Shown: piece after piece, positions 1-8,764 of the stretch | Numbering within the stretch: the first letter of the stretch is position 1 | Layout: every line of letters starts with the position of its first letter | Assembly (NCBI RefSeq): GCF_041586535.1 | Contig: NZ_JBFGZY010000003.1 | Location: forward strand, 1,021-65,020 | From: Psychromonas sp. | GTDB lineage: Bacteria > Pseudomonadota > Gammaproteobacteria > Enterobacterales > Psychromonadaceae | Reading direction: 5' to 3' | Length of the DNA: 64,000 nucleotides | The notes under the pieces: generated by a model | What the model saw: the letters and a program-made list of their open reading frames with translations, nothing else | Database searches by the model: none | Told to the model about the DNA's origin: nothing | Position numbers and translations under genes: made by a program

Positions 1-301
1 AAGCGCCTGAAAAGGCAAAACGACACTCTCCGCTAAAGGGATCATCGAACTGCATCTCCTGCAATAGCTGCTGCTGTAACTGTGCTTTATTAACAGCGAA
101 GCGATAGAGTTTTTGCCCCGCAAGAGTCAGTTCAAATTGTTTACCCAGGCGCTGTAATAACGGGGTTTTTAGTTGTCTTTCTAATTTTTGAATATGCTGG
201 CTGACCCCGGGTTGTGTCATATTCAATTTTTCTGCGGTTAGGGTGAAATGTTTTGTTTCGACGAGTGTTTTGAAAGTTAATAACCATTTTTCATTTATCA
301 T
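1..301 (-). CDS. LysR-family transcriptional regulator, N-terminal HTH part (gene continues past window start)
   Basis: Reverse translation from ATG at 301..299 reads [66 protein letters not shown]..., a typical LysR winged-HTH. The frame is open to position 1. It is absent from the ORF track because it is cut by the window edge. Confidence 0.85.
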   Translation of the reverse strand, partial: MINEKWLLTFKTLVETKHFTLTAEKLNMTQPGVSQHIQKLERQLKTPLLQRLGKQFELTLAGQKLYRFAVNKAQLQQQLLQEMQFDDPFSGECRFAFSGA

Positions 302-430
302 CAGACTATCCTGTTTTGTAATAACAAAATATTATCATAAAAACAATAACTGATAATTTATTATTTCTGTATTATTCGCTATAACCTGTTGTAAACAGGC
401 CTGAAAACTTTTCCTATATTGGCATATCTA

Positions 431-843
431 TGCCGGAGCTTGAAGTTGCCGTTACATTTTATAGAGAAGTATTAAACTGGTAGATCATCATGAAGCGAGC
501 GAAGTGGTAGAGGATGACAGTGCAACTGGTGAAATGTGTAGCGATGCATTTGGTGCGGGCCGGGAAAGATGCGGTATCGCCCATTTACCATTGGAGATCG
601 CATTGCTGTTGAATTGTTTGAATTTAAAAACCAGAAAAATCCGGAAGGTAACTTTGAATATTCGCAACCGACACCTTTTATTTTTACGTACATGAGACGA
701 ATCTGGAAGAGCTGGCTGAGAAAATCGTAGCTGTTGGTGGTAAACGCTTAAATATAACCAAAAAGCGGGCGATTCTGTTTTACGGTTATCTACTTGCTCA
801 ACGGATTATTCCTGCCATATGCTGGTGTTGCGTTGATCAGTAA
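431..843 (+). pseudogene. VOC / glyoxalase-family gene remnant broken by a stop and at least two frameshifts
   Basis: Three frames carry consecutive VOC-like pieces. These are MPELEVAVTFYREVLNW(stop), PFTIGDRIAVELFEFKNQKNPEGNFEY, and FYFYVHETNLEELAEKIVAVGGKRL. It is divergent from the LysR gene. The 3-prime end is uncertain. Confidence 0.5.
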
Positions 844-865
844 AACAGGCATATAACTTTGCGCC

Positions 866-1177
866 CTAAAGAGCCATTAAATAATTCAAATAAGTGTTTT
901 TGCCTACATGACGTTTTAAATAACGTGATAGCCAGAAGTCAGCAAAATCATGATCTTTAAGAATATTTCTAAAATACAACGAGTCAATACTAACATCTGT
1001 AAAATCGGTAACCTTAAAAGTAGCGTAGGCAATAATTGTCCCGTCTAAACGAATCACAAATAATTCAGTACATTTATTATCAAATTCTCCTGTTCGCTGT
1101 TGTGCCGTCTCATTAAGTAATGTTTGGCATATCGGGGAGAAAATAGAGGTCAACTTGATATCAATGATATTACGCAT
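866..1177 (-). CDS. hypothetical protein (103 aa), weak GNAT-like beta-strand pattern but no acetyl-CoA loop
   Basis: Internal ATG at 1177..1175 is preceded by AAGGAA. The listed 154-aa ORF upstream part looks non-coding. I recognise no family. Confidence 0.4.
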   Translation of the reverse strand: MRNIIDIKLTSIFSPICQTLLNETAQQRTGEFDNKCTELFVIRLDGTIIAYATFKVTDFTDVSIDSLYFRNILKDHDFADFWLSRYLKRHVGKNTYLNYLMAL

Positions 1178-2366
1178 ATTTTCCTTTCTGAATACAATAA
1201 TAAGATGCAGGTCACATAATACAACTAAAATGAAGGAGGTCAAGAATGTTTCACTTCTTCCTGTTATGTTAACTTGCCTTAATTTTGACTTAAATTTGTT
1301 TAAATAGGCTATGTGGCCCAATAAAATCAAGCAGCAACTCTATTCTTCTTAATTCAATCTGTTAAACGGGGGCTGCCGCCTGCAGAGCGTCAAAACCAGA
1401 TTTTTGCTGACCGGTGAATCCGGCATAACGACCGGAAGAGTGCCAATTGTTACTTCTCTGAGTAATCATCAATTCATCTGCGCTAACTAGAAATACAGCG
1501 GCAGTGGCTTTAGCCAATAATACCAAATCCGATAATTATCTATTCATTTATGCTTGTTAAAATGAATGCTAGCTACGTTTTTTAGCGGGCTGTCGCCTTA
1601 TCTATTTGCTGGATCACGGCTTTGGTATTCTTTTCCCCGATGTTCAATTGAACAATTAGCAGCTAAGAAGTTGAACTTTATCTCTTGCCCTCTGCTCCGC
1701 AAAATAAAACTACTTATCCTGAATTGAGGTTACTTACCAACAAGTAGATCACCACGTCTTCAAGGCGTTTGGGTATAAAATAGGAAAGCAGAAAAATCAC
1801 GCTCCTTTTTAACGCACACTTAGGAGGCAGAGCCGCACCTTTGTGGTGCAAGCTATTCCTTTCCACACTGCCTGATTGTGATAAAACTCATAAAACCCCA
1901 TTAACTCTGTGTTTTTACGGGTTTTATTTTGGCATACTATTTGCTTCGTTTTTCTTGTTTTGATAAAACAGAGAATAAAGGGGAGCCTGTTAAGTGGCAA
2001 AATTGACTAAACCGTAATAAAGGGTAATAGTTTTGCCTGATATTAGGGCACCCATTTGCCGCGATCAAAACGCTGTTATCTCGAACAAAATTTTACCGTG
2101 AAAGTTCAGTAAACCCTGAGCAGAAAGAAATACAAAAAATAAAGCTGTCGCGAATATATGTAACGGGAATAAAGCAGCAGAGCGGGTTTTTATTTAGACT
2201 CAGCCATTATGCCAATATCGGAGATATTCTCAGAAACCGCCGAGGCTATATTGCCCTGCCAATGCAGCTTTAGTATGAATGAACAAGCTTGAGTTAGTTA
2301 TCTTATCGCTAATCAAGTAAAGCGATAAAGCAACTACTATAAAATAATTAATAAAGGAGTTTTAAT

Positions 2367-3332
2367 ATGTTTATGAAAAAACTGGCGATCACTGCACTAG
2401 CAGGAGCCGCGCTGATGGCAACATCTGCAATCGCGGAGACTAAACACGTTGTGATTGGTACTGGCGGTCAAACCGGCGTTTATTATCAGGCTGGTGGTGC
2501 GATCTGCCGTCTGGTCAATAAGGGCACAGCTAAGCATGAAATCAACTGTACGCATAAAACAGGTGCCTCAATTACCAATATTAATGGCATCCGTTCCGGC
2601 AATGTCGATATGGGGGTGGCTCAATCAGATTGGCAATATCATGCTTATAACGGTACTGCACCGGAGCAGTTTCCTGACGGTGCGTTTAAAGAATTACGTT
2701 CGGTATTTTCCGTTCACGCAGAACCTTTTACTGTAGTTGCGCGCAGCGATTCAGGGATTAAAACTTTTGATGATCTGAAAGGCAAAAAAGTGAATGTCGG
2801 TGACCCTGGATCAGGCAACCGCGGCACCATGGAAATCATCATGGAAAAAATGGGCTGGACGATGGATGATTTTGCCCTTGCATCTGAGCTGAAATCATCA
2901 GAGCAGGCGGCTGCTTTATGTGATGGTAAAGTCGATGCGATCATCTTCGTAGCAGGTCACCCGAACGGGTCAATCAAAGAAGCTACCACTTCTTGTGATG
3001 CGATTGTAGTACCCGTTGATAATGCCGTTGTGCAAAAGTTAGTGGTTGATAACGAATATTATGCAATGACCACCATCCCGGCGGGTATGTATAAAGGTAC
3101 AGATACCGATACAAAAACATTTGGCGTAGCTGCGACCTTTGTAAGCTCGACAAAAACTGACGAGGAAACCGTTTATCAGATGGTTAAATCTGTATTTGAT
3201 AACTTCAAACGTTTCAAAAAAATGCATCCTGCTTTTGCTCACTTGAAAGAGAGCGATATGATAACCAACAACCTGTCTGCACCATTGCATGACGGTGCGG
3301 TTCGTTATTATAAAGAAAAAGGCTGGATGTAA
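2367..3332 (+). CDS. TRAP transporter solute receptor, TAXI family
   Basis: Signal peptide followed by IGTGGQTGVYYQAGGAICRL, characteristic of TAXI receptors. AAGGAG lies 7 nt upstream of the ATG. A fused TRAP permease follows. Confidence 0.9.
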   Translation: MFMKKLAITALAGAALMATSAIAETKHVVIGTGGQTGVYYQAGGAICRLVNKGTAKHEINCTHKTGASITNINGIRSGNVDMGVAQSDWQYHAYNGTAPEQFPDGAFKELRSVFSVHAEPFTVVARSDSGIKTFDDLKGKKVNVGDPGSGNRGTMEIIMEKMGWTMDDFALASELKSSEQAAALCDGKVDAIIFVAGHPNGSIKEATTSCDAIVVPVDNAVVQKLVVDNEYYAMTTIPAGMYKGTDTDTKTFGVAATFVSSTKTDEETVYQMVKSVFDNFKRFKKMHPAFAHLKESDMITNNLSAPLHDGAVRYYKEKGWM

Positions 3333-3347
3333 TCCGCTGTTAACAAT

Positions 3348-3383
3348 AGGGCGTCCGTTATAGGCACTTCGCCCTGTTGTTTT
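3348..3383 (+). terminator. hairpin AGGGCG/CGCCCT followed by GTTGTTTTG
   Basis: 6-bp GC stem at 3348-3353 / 3370-3375 with a T-rich tail, directly after the TAXI stop codon. Confidence 0.45.
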
Positions 3384-3412
3384 GCGGGCAAATATCTAAA
3401 CCGCGATCTAAA

Positions 3413-3455
3413 CCACCTGAAAGCATTGATTGCAGTGTTTTCAGGTGGCTTTTTC
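3413..3455 (+). terminator. Rho-independent terminator or attenuator between TRAP receptor and permease
   Basis: CCACCTGAAA ... TTTCAGGTGG stem followed by CTTTTTC. Confidence 0.65.
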
Positions 3456-3471
3456 ATTTAAATAGGGAATT

Positions 3472-6297
3472 TTGAGGATGAATGCAGATAAAAGCAATAA
3501 TACACTGCTGAATGATGAGGAACTTCAAGACCTTGTTGCCTCCACCGACACGGGCGGTCGAAACCCGGATAATCAAAAGGTTGTAAAGCTGATGGCCGGC
3601 GTCGCCCTGGTCTGGTCACTTTACCAGATATGGATAGCATCGCCCTTGCCCTTTGTGTTCGGCTGGGGCGTTTTTTCAAGCGGAGAAGCACGTTCAATTC
3701 ATTTAGGCTTTGCTATCTTTTTAGCATTCCTTGCTTATCCTGCTTTTAACCGCTCATCACGAAGCAAGATCCCGATGGCTGATTGGGGACTGGCTATTGC
3801 CGGCTCTCTTTGCGCGCTGTATCCCTTAATTGCCGACTCTATGCTGGTTGACAGCCTTTTCGGCATACGTCTCAGTAATCGTCCGAGTGCACCGAACTCC
3901 GTTGATATTGCTGTTTCTATTGCCGGTATGCTGATGCTGTTGGAAGCAACCAGGCGGGCATTAGGTCCGCCGCTGATGGTGGTAGCCATGGTGTTTCTCG
4001 GCTACACATTTTTAGGTCCTTATGCACCGGAGCTGATTGCCTGGAAGGGCTCGACGTTCGGTGGTGTCATGGATCACCAGTGGTTATTCTCTGAAGGTGT
4101 TTTCGGTATCGCTCTGGGGGTATCGACGGATCTGGTTTTCCTGTTTGTGCTGTTCGGTGCGCTGCTGGATCGCGCGGGTGCGGGTAACTATTTTATCAAA
4201 GTCGCCTTCTCGCTGATGGGCCATCTTCGTGGCGGGCCGGCAAAAGCGGCTGTGGTAGCCTCCGGCATGACCGGGTTAATTTCCGGCTCGTCTATTGCCA
4301 ATGTGGTCACCACAGGGACATTTACCATTCCGATGATGAAACGGGTTGGCTTTTCATCGGAAAAAGCCGGCGCCGTTGAGGTTGCCTCATCGGTCAACGG
4401 GCAAATCATGCCGCCGGTAATGGGGGCTGCGGCTTTCCTGATGGTGGAATATGTCAATATTCCTTATTTTGATGTGGTAAAACATGCATTTCTGCCGGCG
4501 GTTATCTCCTATATCGCCCTGGTTTATATCGTGCATTTAGAAGCGATGAAGCTGAATATGCAGGGCCTCACCCGTGAAGACAACGGCAAATCTGCTAAAG
4601 ATGTGCTGCTCTCATGGGCGATGACATTACTGCCCATTATCGCCCTTGCCGGCGGAGCGTATTATTTATCAGTATTGTATGAAATGCTTTCGACTACGGC
4701 GGCCAGACTGGCCGGTGTAGTGGCAGTGATCGCCATTCAATACGCCGTGCTGAAAACCCTGAAATCCAGAACGACTCAAGCGGCGTTGTCGCGAACTATC
4801 TCAACAGGTGCGATTGTATTGGGTAATACCGTCATTGGCGCCTTTGGATTATTCTTTCTGATCGACTTATTAAAAGCTTTTATCGATCCGGAAATGATGT
4901 TTTGGGCAATTACAGTTCTGGTGCTTGTCGCTTACGTTGTGCTGGCTAAAATCAGTTCGGCGTATCCGGATCTTATTCTGGATGATCCCAATTCGCCGGT
5001 ACTAAGCCTGCCGGAAACCGGCCCGACGGTGAAATCTGGCCTGCATTTTCTACTGCCTGTGGTGGTGTTAATCTGGTGTTTGATGATTGAACGAAAATCA
5101 CCGGGGCTTTCTGCATTTTATGCGACGGCATTGATGATCTTCATCCTGCTGACTCAGCGTTATCTGTTTGCCTTTTTCCGCAGCAAAGACACCTCCGGTG
5201 CTTTTAAACGCGGCTTCGATGAACTGATTGACGGGCTGATTGCAGGTGCCAGAAATATGATTGGTATTGCTATCGCAACAGCGGCAGCCGGGATCATCGT
5301 TGGCACGGTGTCACAAACCGGTGTCGGCTTGAAACTGGCCGCTCTGGTGGAATTCCTGTCGATGGGGCATATCATGCTGATCCTGCTTTGGACGGGAATT
5401 CTCAGTCTGATCCTGGGGATGGGGCTGCCGACCACGGCGAACTATATCGTCGTATCCTCGCTGCTTGCGCCGGTGATTGTCAGTCTTGGCCAGCAAAATG
5501 GCCTGATTGTGCCTTTGATTGCGGTGCATATGTTTGTCTTTTACTTCGGTATTATGGCGGACGTGACCCCGCCTGTCGGACTGGCATCCTTTGCCGCCGC
5601 TGCGGTATCGGGAGGCGATCCGATTAAAACCGGCTTTGTGGCTTTTTTCTATTCGCTGCGTACCGCGTTATTGCCTTTCCTGTTTATTTTCAACACCGAC
5701 TTATTGCTGATGGATGTCACCTTTATGGAGGGAATTTTTGTCTTTATTGTTGCCACGATGGCCATGCTGATCTTCACGGCAGGTACTCAGGGGTACTTTA
5801 TTGCCAAGTCTAAATTATGGGAATCTTTTGCGTTGATCCTGATTGCATTTACTTTGTTCCGTCCGGGTTTCTGGATGGATTATGTGATCCCGCCTTATGA
5901 TGAACGCCCCGGCGCGGAGTTGGTACAGTCAATGGGGGATGTTGCTCCCGGTACGGAGCTGCGTGTGCTGGTTGATGGCCAGAATGATGTCGGCGATCCC
6001 GTTACCTTAACCATGTTAATGATTGTCGGTGAAGGGGAGTCAGGTGATGATCGTCTGTTCGATTATGGTTTGGAGCTGCTGCCTCAGGATGATGGTTCGA
6101 TCATGGTCGACGGAGTTGGTTTTGACAGTGCGGCAGAAAAAGCCGGATTTGATTTCGACCAGATTATCGCCACCGTAGGTGTGCCAGTAGATCGCCCGGC
6201 CAGACAGTGGTTCTACATTCCGGTATTATTGCTGTTAGCCTTTATTATTATCCTGCAGCGTCGTCGCCGTGACGAAAGTCAATCACTTGATCTCTAA
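3472..6297 (+). CDS. TRAP transporter fused 4TM/12TM permease with C-terminal DUF3394-like extension
   Basis: 941-aa polytopic membrane protein adjacent to the TAXI receptor. A soluble acidic segment of about 120 aa plus a final TM and RRRR anchor lie at the C terminus. The start is either TTG 3472 or ATG 3478. Confidence 0.9.
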   Translation: MRMNADKSNNTLLNDEELQDLVASTDTGGRNPDNQKVVKLMAGVALVWSLYQIWIASPLPFVFGWGVFSSGEARSIHLGFAIFLAFLAYPAFNRSSRSKIPMADWGLAIAGSLCALYPLIADSMLVDSLFGIRLSNRPSAPNSVDIAVSIAGMLMLLEATRRALGPPLMVVAMVFLGYTFLGPYAPELIAWKGSTFGGVMDHQWLFSEGVFGIALGVSTDLVFLFVLFGALLDRAGAGNYFIKVAFSLMGHLRGGPAKAAVVASGMTGLISGSSIANVVTTGTFTIPMMKRVGFSSEKAGAVEVASSVNGQIMPPVMGAAAFLMVEYVNIPYFDVVKHAFLPAVISYIALVYIVHLEAMKLNMQGLTREDNGKSAKDVLLSWAMTLLPIIALAGGAYYLSVLYEMLSTTAARLAGVVAVIAIQYAVLKTLKSRTTQAALSRTISTGAIVLGNTVIGAFGLFFLIDLLKAFIDPEMMFWAITVLVLVAYVVLAKISSAYPDLILDDPNSPVLSLPETGPTVKSGLHFLLPVVVLIWCLMIERKSPGLSAFYATALMIFILLTQRYLFAFFRSKDTSGAFKRGFDELIDGLIAGARNMIGIAIATAAAGIIVGTVSQTGVGLKLAALVEFLSMGHIMLILLWTGILSLILGMGLPTTANYIVVSSLLAPVIVSLGQQNGLIVPLIAVHMFVFYFGIMADVTPPVGLASFAAAAVSGGDPIKTGFVAFFYSLRTALLPFLFIFNTDLLLMDVTFMEGIFVFIVATMAMLIFTAGTQGYFIAKSKLWESFALILIAFTLFRPGFWMDYVIPPYDERPGAELVQSMGDVAPGTELRVLVDGQNDVGDPVTLTMLMIVGEGESGDDRLFDYGLELLPQDDGSIMVDGVGFDSAAEKAGFDFDQIIATVGVPVDRPARQWFYIPVLLLLAFIIILQRRRRDESQSLDL

Positions 6298-6302
6298 ACT
6301 AT

Positions 6303-6331
6303 GAAAAATAAGGACTAAGTCTGCTTAGTCC
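6303..6331 (-). terminator. hairpin GGACTAAG/CTTAGTCC with T-rich tail on minus strand (terminates usp)
   Basis: 8-bp stem at 6312-6319 / 6324-6331. The minus-strand downstream sequence is TTATTTTTCAT. Confidence 0.5.
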
Positions 6332-6342
6332 TGATACAGAGA

Positions 6343-6378
6343 AACGCTTTGCTGTTATTCAAGCAAAGCGTTTTTTTT
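6343..6378 (+). terminator. Rho-independent terminator of the TRAP operon
   Basis: AACGCTTTGC ... GCAAAGCGTT stem followed by a T8 run. Confidence 0.8.
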
Positions 6379-6382
6379 ACTC

Positions 6383-6820
6383 TTAGCCCTTGGGTTTTAC
6401 TACCAATACATTGATCGGTGAGTTTTCTACCACCTTGCTCGCAACAGAGCCTAAAATCACTTTGTCTACCTTGGAACGCTTATGGCTTGGCATAATAATC
6501 AGATCTGCCTTTAATTTGGCTGCATATTGCAAAATGATTTCATAAGGTTTGCCCTCGGCGACGTAAGTTTCATAGCTGACGTTTTCGGTGATATGAGTCA
6601 CGGCAAACTCTTTCAGTTGTTTTTTCACATCTAATTTCATCTGCTGTGCAGCATCTCTGGGAAAATATGCCGCAATCATGGACATATGAACCCCGGGTAG
6701 TACCTTAAGAAGATGCAGTTTTGCATTAGCATGTTTCGCATGCCAAACGGCCAGTTCAAGTGCTTTATCTGCAAAGCCTTTTTCATTCAAATCAATGGGT
6801 ACCAGGATATTTTTATACAT
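6383..6820 (-). CDS. universal stress protein (UspA family)
   Basis: 145 aa. MYKNILVPIDL at the N terminus and GSVASKVVENSPINVLVV at the C terminus are typical Usp motifs. Confidence 0.9.
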   Translation of the reverse strand: MYKNILVPIDLNEKGFADKALELAVWHAKHANAKLHLLKVLPGVHMSMIAAYFPRDAAQQMKLDVKKQLKEFAVTHITENVSYETYVAEGKPYEIILQYAAKLKADLIIMPSHKRSKVDKVILGSVASKVVENSPINVLVVKPKG

Positions 6821-6935
6821 AGTTTTTTGCTCTTATTGTAGGGGAATCAGCTATCTCTTTGAGTATAAGAAGAATAAAAGGGGATAGAAAGAAAAAAAAA
6901 ATTTTACTAAAAAAAATGTTAATTTAAACAGAGTG

Positions 6936-6949
6936 TTGATGGACATCAC
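6936..6949. promoter_or_regulatory. FNR/Anr-like box TTGATggacATCAC
   Basis: 9 of 10 matches to TTGAT-N4-ATCAA. The site is centred about 122 nt upstream of the usp start codon. Confidence 0.3.
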
Positions 6950-7090
6950 CTGATGATCTCCTTGGTATTACTGTGTTTGTTTTTATCCCATAAAGGTAAC
7001 AGCAATGATCTGAGCGTTCGTTCAAATTAATATTGAACAATCGTTCATAATATGATTGAATAGGTTATTCAAATTTTCAAGGAGCGGCAA

Positions 7091-7768
7091 ATGATCAAGT
7101 TTTATTTTCACACTACCCCTAATCCAATGAAGGTTGCACTTTATTTGGAAGAGACCGGATTACCCTATGAGCTGATGCCTGTTGATACCTTAAAAGGTGA
7201 ACAGCACACACCGGAATATCGGGCTATCAACCCGAATGGTAAAGCCCCGGCAATCGAAGATGAAGGTGTGCGGGTTTTTGATTCCAACGCAATTCTGCTT
7301 TATCTGGCCGAGAAATCAGGGCAACTGGGCGGTGCCCCTGAAGATCGCGGCGAAATGTTATCCTGGATGATGTTTATCGCGACAGGACTTGGCCCTTACT
7401 CTGGTCAGTCAGTGCACTTTAGACACGCAGCGCCAGAGCTGCCTTATGCTATTAACCGATACCTTCGTGAAGCTCAGCGTCATTATGAAGTACTGGATAA
7501 TCATCTTCAGGATCGTAGCTACATTGTCGGTGAGCAATACAGTATCGCAGACGTTGCAGCCTGGGGGTGGATTGATAAAGCGACGGTAGTATTGGGTGAA
7601 GAGGGGTTAGCGCCTTATCCAAATCTGCAGCGCTGGTTCGCTAATATTGAAAGCCGCCCGGCCGTGGCGCGCGCCCGCAACATCAGTAAAGATATCAAGT
7701 TTAAGACAGACTTTGATGAGCAGGCAAAACGTGCGTTTTTCCCACAAAACTATCCTAAGACCGCTTAA
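7091..7768 (+). CDS. glutathione S-transferase (YfcG/YghU-like Nu class)
   Basis: 225 aa. The N-terminal thioredoxin-like part is FHTTPNPMKVALYLEETGLPYEL...INPNGKAPAIED. GGAGC lies upstream of the ATG. Confidence 0.85.
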   Translation: MIKFYFHTTPNPMKVALYLEETGLPYELMPVDTLKGEQHTPEYRAINPNGKAPAIEDEGVRVFDSNAILLYLAEKSGQLGGAPEDRGEMLSWMMFIATGLGPYSGQSVHFRHAAPELPYAINRYLREAQRHYEVLDNHLQDRSYIVGEQYSIADVAAWGWIDKATVVLGEEGLAPYPNLQRWFANIESRPAVARARNISKDIKFKTDFDEQAKRAFFPQNYPKTA

Positions 7769-7992
7769 TAAGGTATATGCCGGATTATACCTAAGAAGGC
7801 GGGGCTGCCTGCAACACCTGCTTTTGATGTATATGGAACGTAACTACTCAGGGTGTCTCTGTTTAAGCATTTTTCAGCGATGACCAATATGTATGGAACA
7901 TATTTGCATGACTTTAGTCAGTCGCGTAGCGATGAGGTACATGGATGTACTTCATAAATAGTCTTAAATAGCAACGACCTGAGTAGTTACAA

Positions 7993-8370
7993 TTATTCCT
8001 CATTAGCTGCAAGATAATCTTCTCCGGACATAAGGTTATCCAGTTCGCCCATATCAGCGACTTGAATTTTGACAATCCAGCCGGCTGAATAAGGTGATTC
8101 ATTAATTAATTCCGGGCTGTTTTCAAGTTCTTCGTTAATTTCGATAATTTCACCTGTGACCGGCGCGTAGAGATCGGAGGCTGCTTTGACCGATTCGACT
8201 AACGAAAAAGTTTCACCGGCTTCGGTCTCATCGCCGACTTCCGGCAGATCAACAAATACCACATCACCTAAAAGTTGTTGCGCCTGGTTTGAAATACCGA
8301 CAGTCACCGTACCGTCACCGTTATCCAGTACCCACTCATGCGTATCGGCGAACTTTAATGTGTTTTCCAT
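7993..8370 (-). CDS. gcvH: glycine cleavage system H protein / lipoyl carrier
   Basis: 125 aa with the lipoyl-lysine motif LVESVKAASD. The sequence is GcvH-like end to end. No gcvT or gcvP is adjacent. Confidence 0.9.
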   Translation of the reverse strand: MENTLKFADTHEWVLDNGDGTVTVGISNQAQQLLGDVVFVDLPEVGDETEAGETFSLVESVKAASDLYAPVTGEIIEINEELENSPELINESPYSAGWIVKIQVADMGELDNLMSGEDYLAANEE

Positions 8371-8531
8371 ATTAAATCCTTTGCTAATTGATTATGTGAA
8401 ATATTTACCAATAATTTCTCTGGATGAGATTATGACGATAGTCGAATTTAAATTTTATACAAATAACTTTGCTTCTTTATGCAGAAACGTTCTGCTTAGC
8501 TCCTGCAAAAGACAATATTTTGCTGAAGCTT

Positions 8532-8569
8532 ATTTAACGCAGAAAGACGCGAAAATAGCGCTATTGTAT
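8532..8569. repeat. 38-bp dispersed repeat, copy 1 (ATTTAACGCAGAAAGACGCGAAAATAGCGCTATTGTAT)
   Basis: Matches 32386..32423 at 36 of 38 positions. It contains the perfect palindrome AATAGCGCTATT. Confidence 0.7.
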
Positions 8570-8724
8570 CTTTACTAAATCTGATCATAGGGGATGTTGG
8601 TTATGAAAACGATGGATTTTAGATTGGTAAGTATCGATCTTTTAGAACAAAGTGTTGACGTTGCGAAGCGGCCAAAAAGAAAAAGTCCGACAATTGAACA
8701 GTGAGTAAAATTGTCAGACTTCTA

Positions 8725-8754
8725 CTTTAAAACATGGCAGGTGAAGCACCTGCC
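8725..8754 (-). terminator. ptsG terminator
   Basis: Minus strand has GGCAGGTG-CTTC-ACCTGCC followed by ATGTTTTAAA, 10 nt after the ptsG stop. Confidence 0.6.
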
Positions 8755-8764
8755 GGGAAAATTA

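Noticed and set aside
1809-2000. 63-aa minus-strand ORF in the empty tract
   Set aside because: It has no RBS and a low-complexity Lys/Arg/Cys composition, and it overlaps the plus-strand hairpin. It is most likely random.
8371-8531. Glycine riboswitch upstream of gcvH
   Set aside because: The region is AT-rich and lacks the conserved GGAGAG / CACCG-type riboswitch core elements. Only a trivial 6-bp hairpin is present.
8186-8578. 130-aa plus-strand ORF overlapping gcvH and its upstream region
   Set aside because: The first half is antisense to gcvH (Ser/Thr/Pro-rich mirror translation), and the rest runs through AT-rich intergenic DNA that contains the 38-bp repeat.
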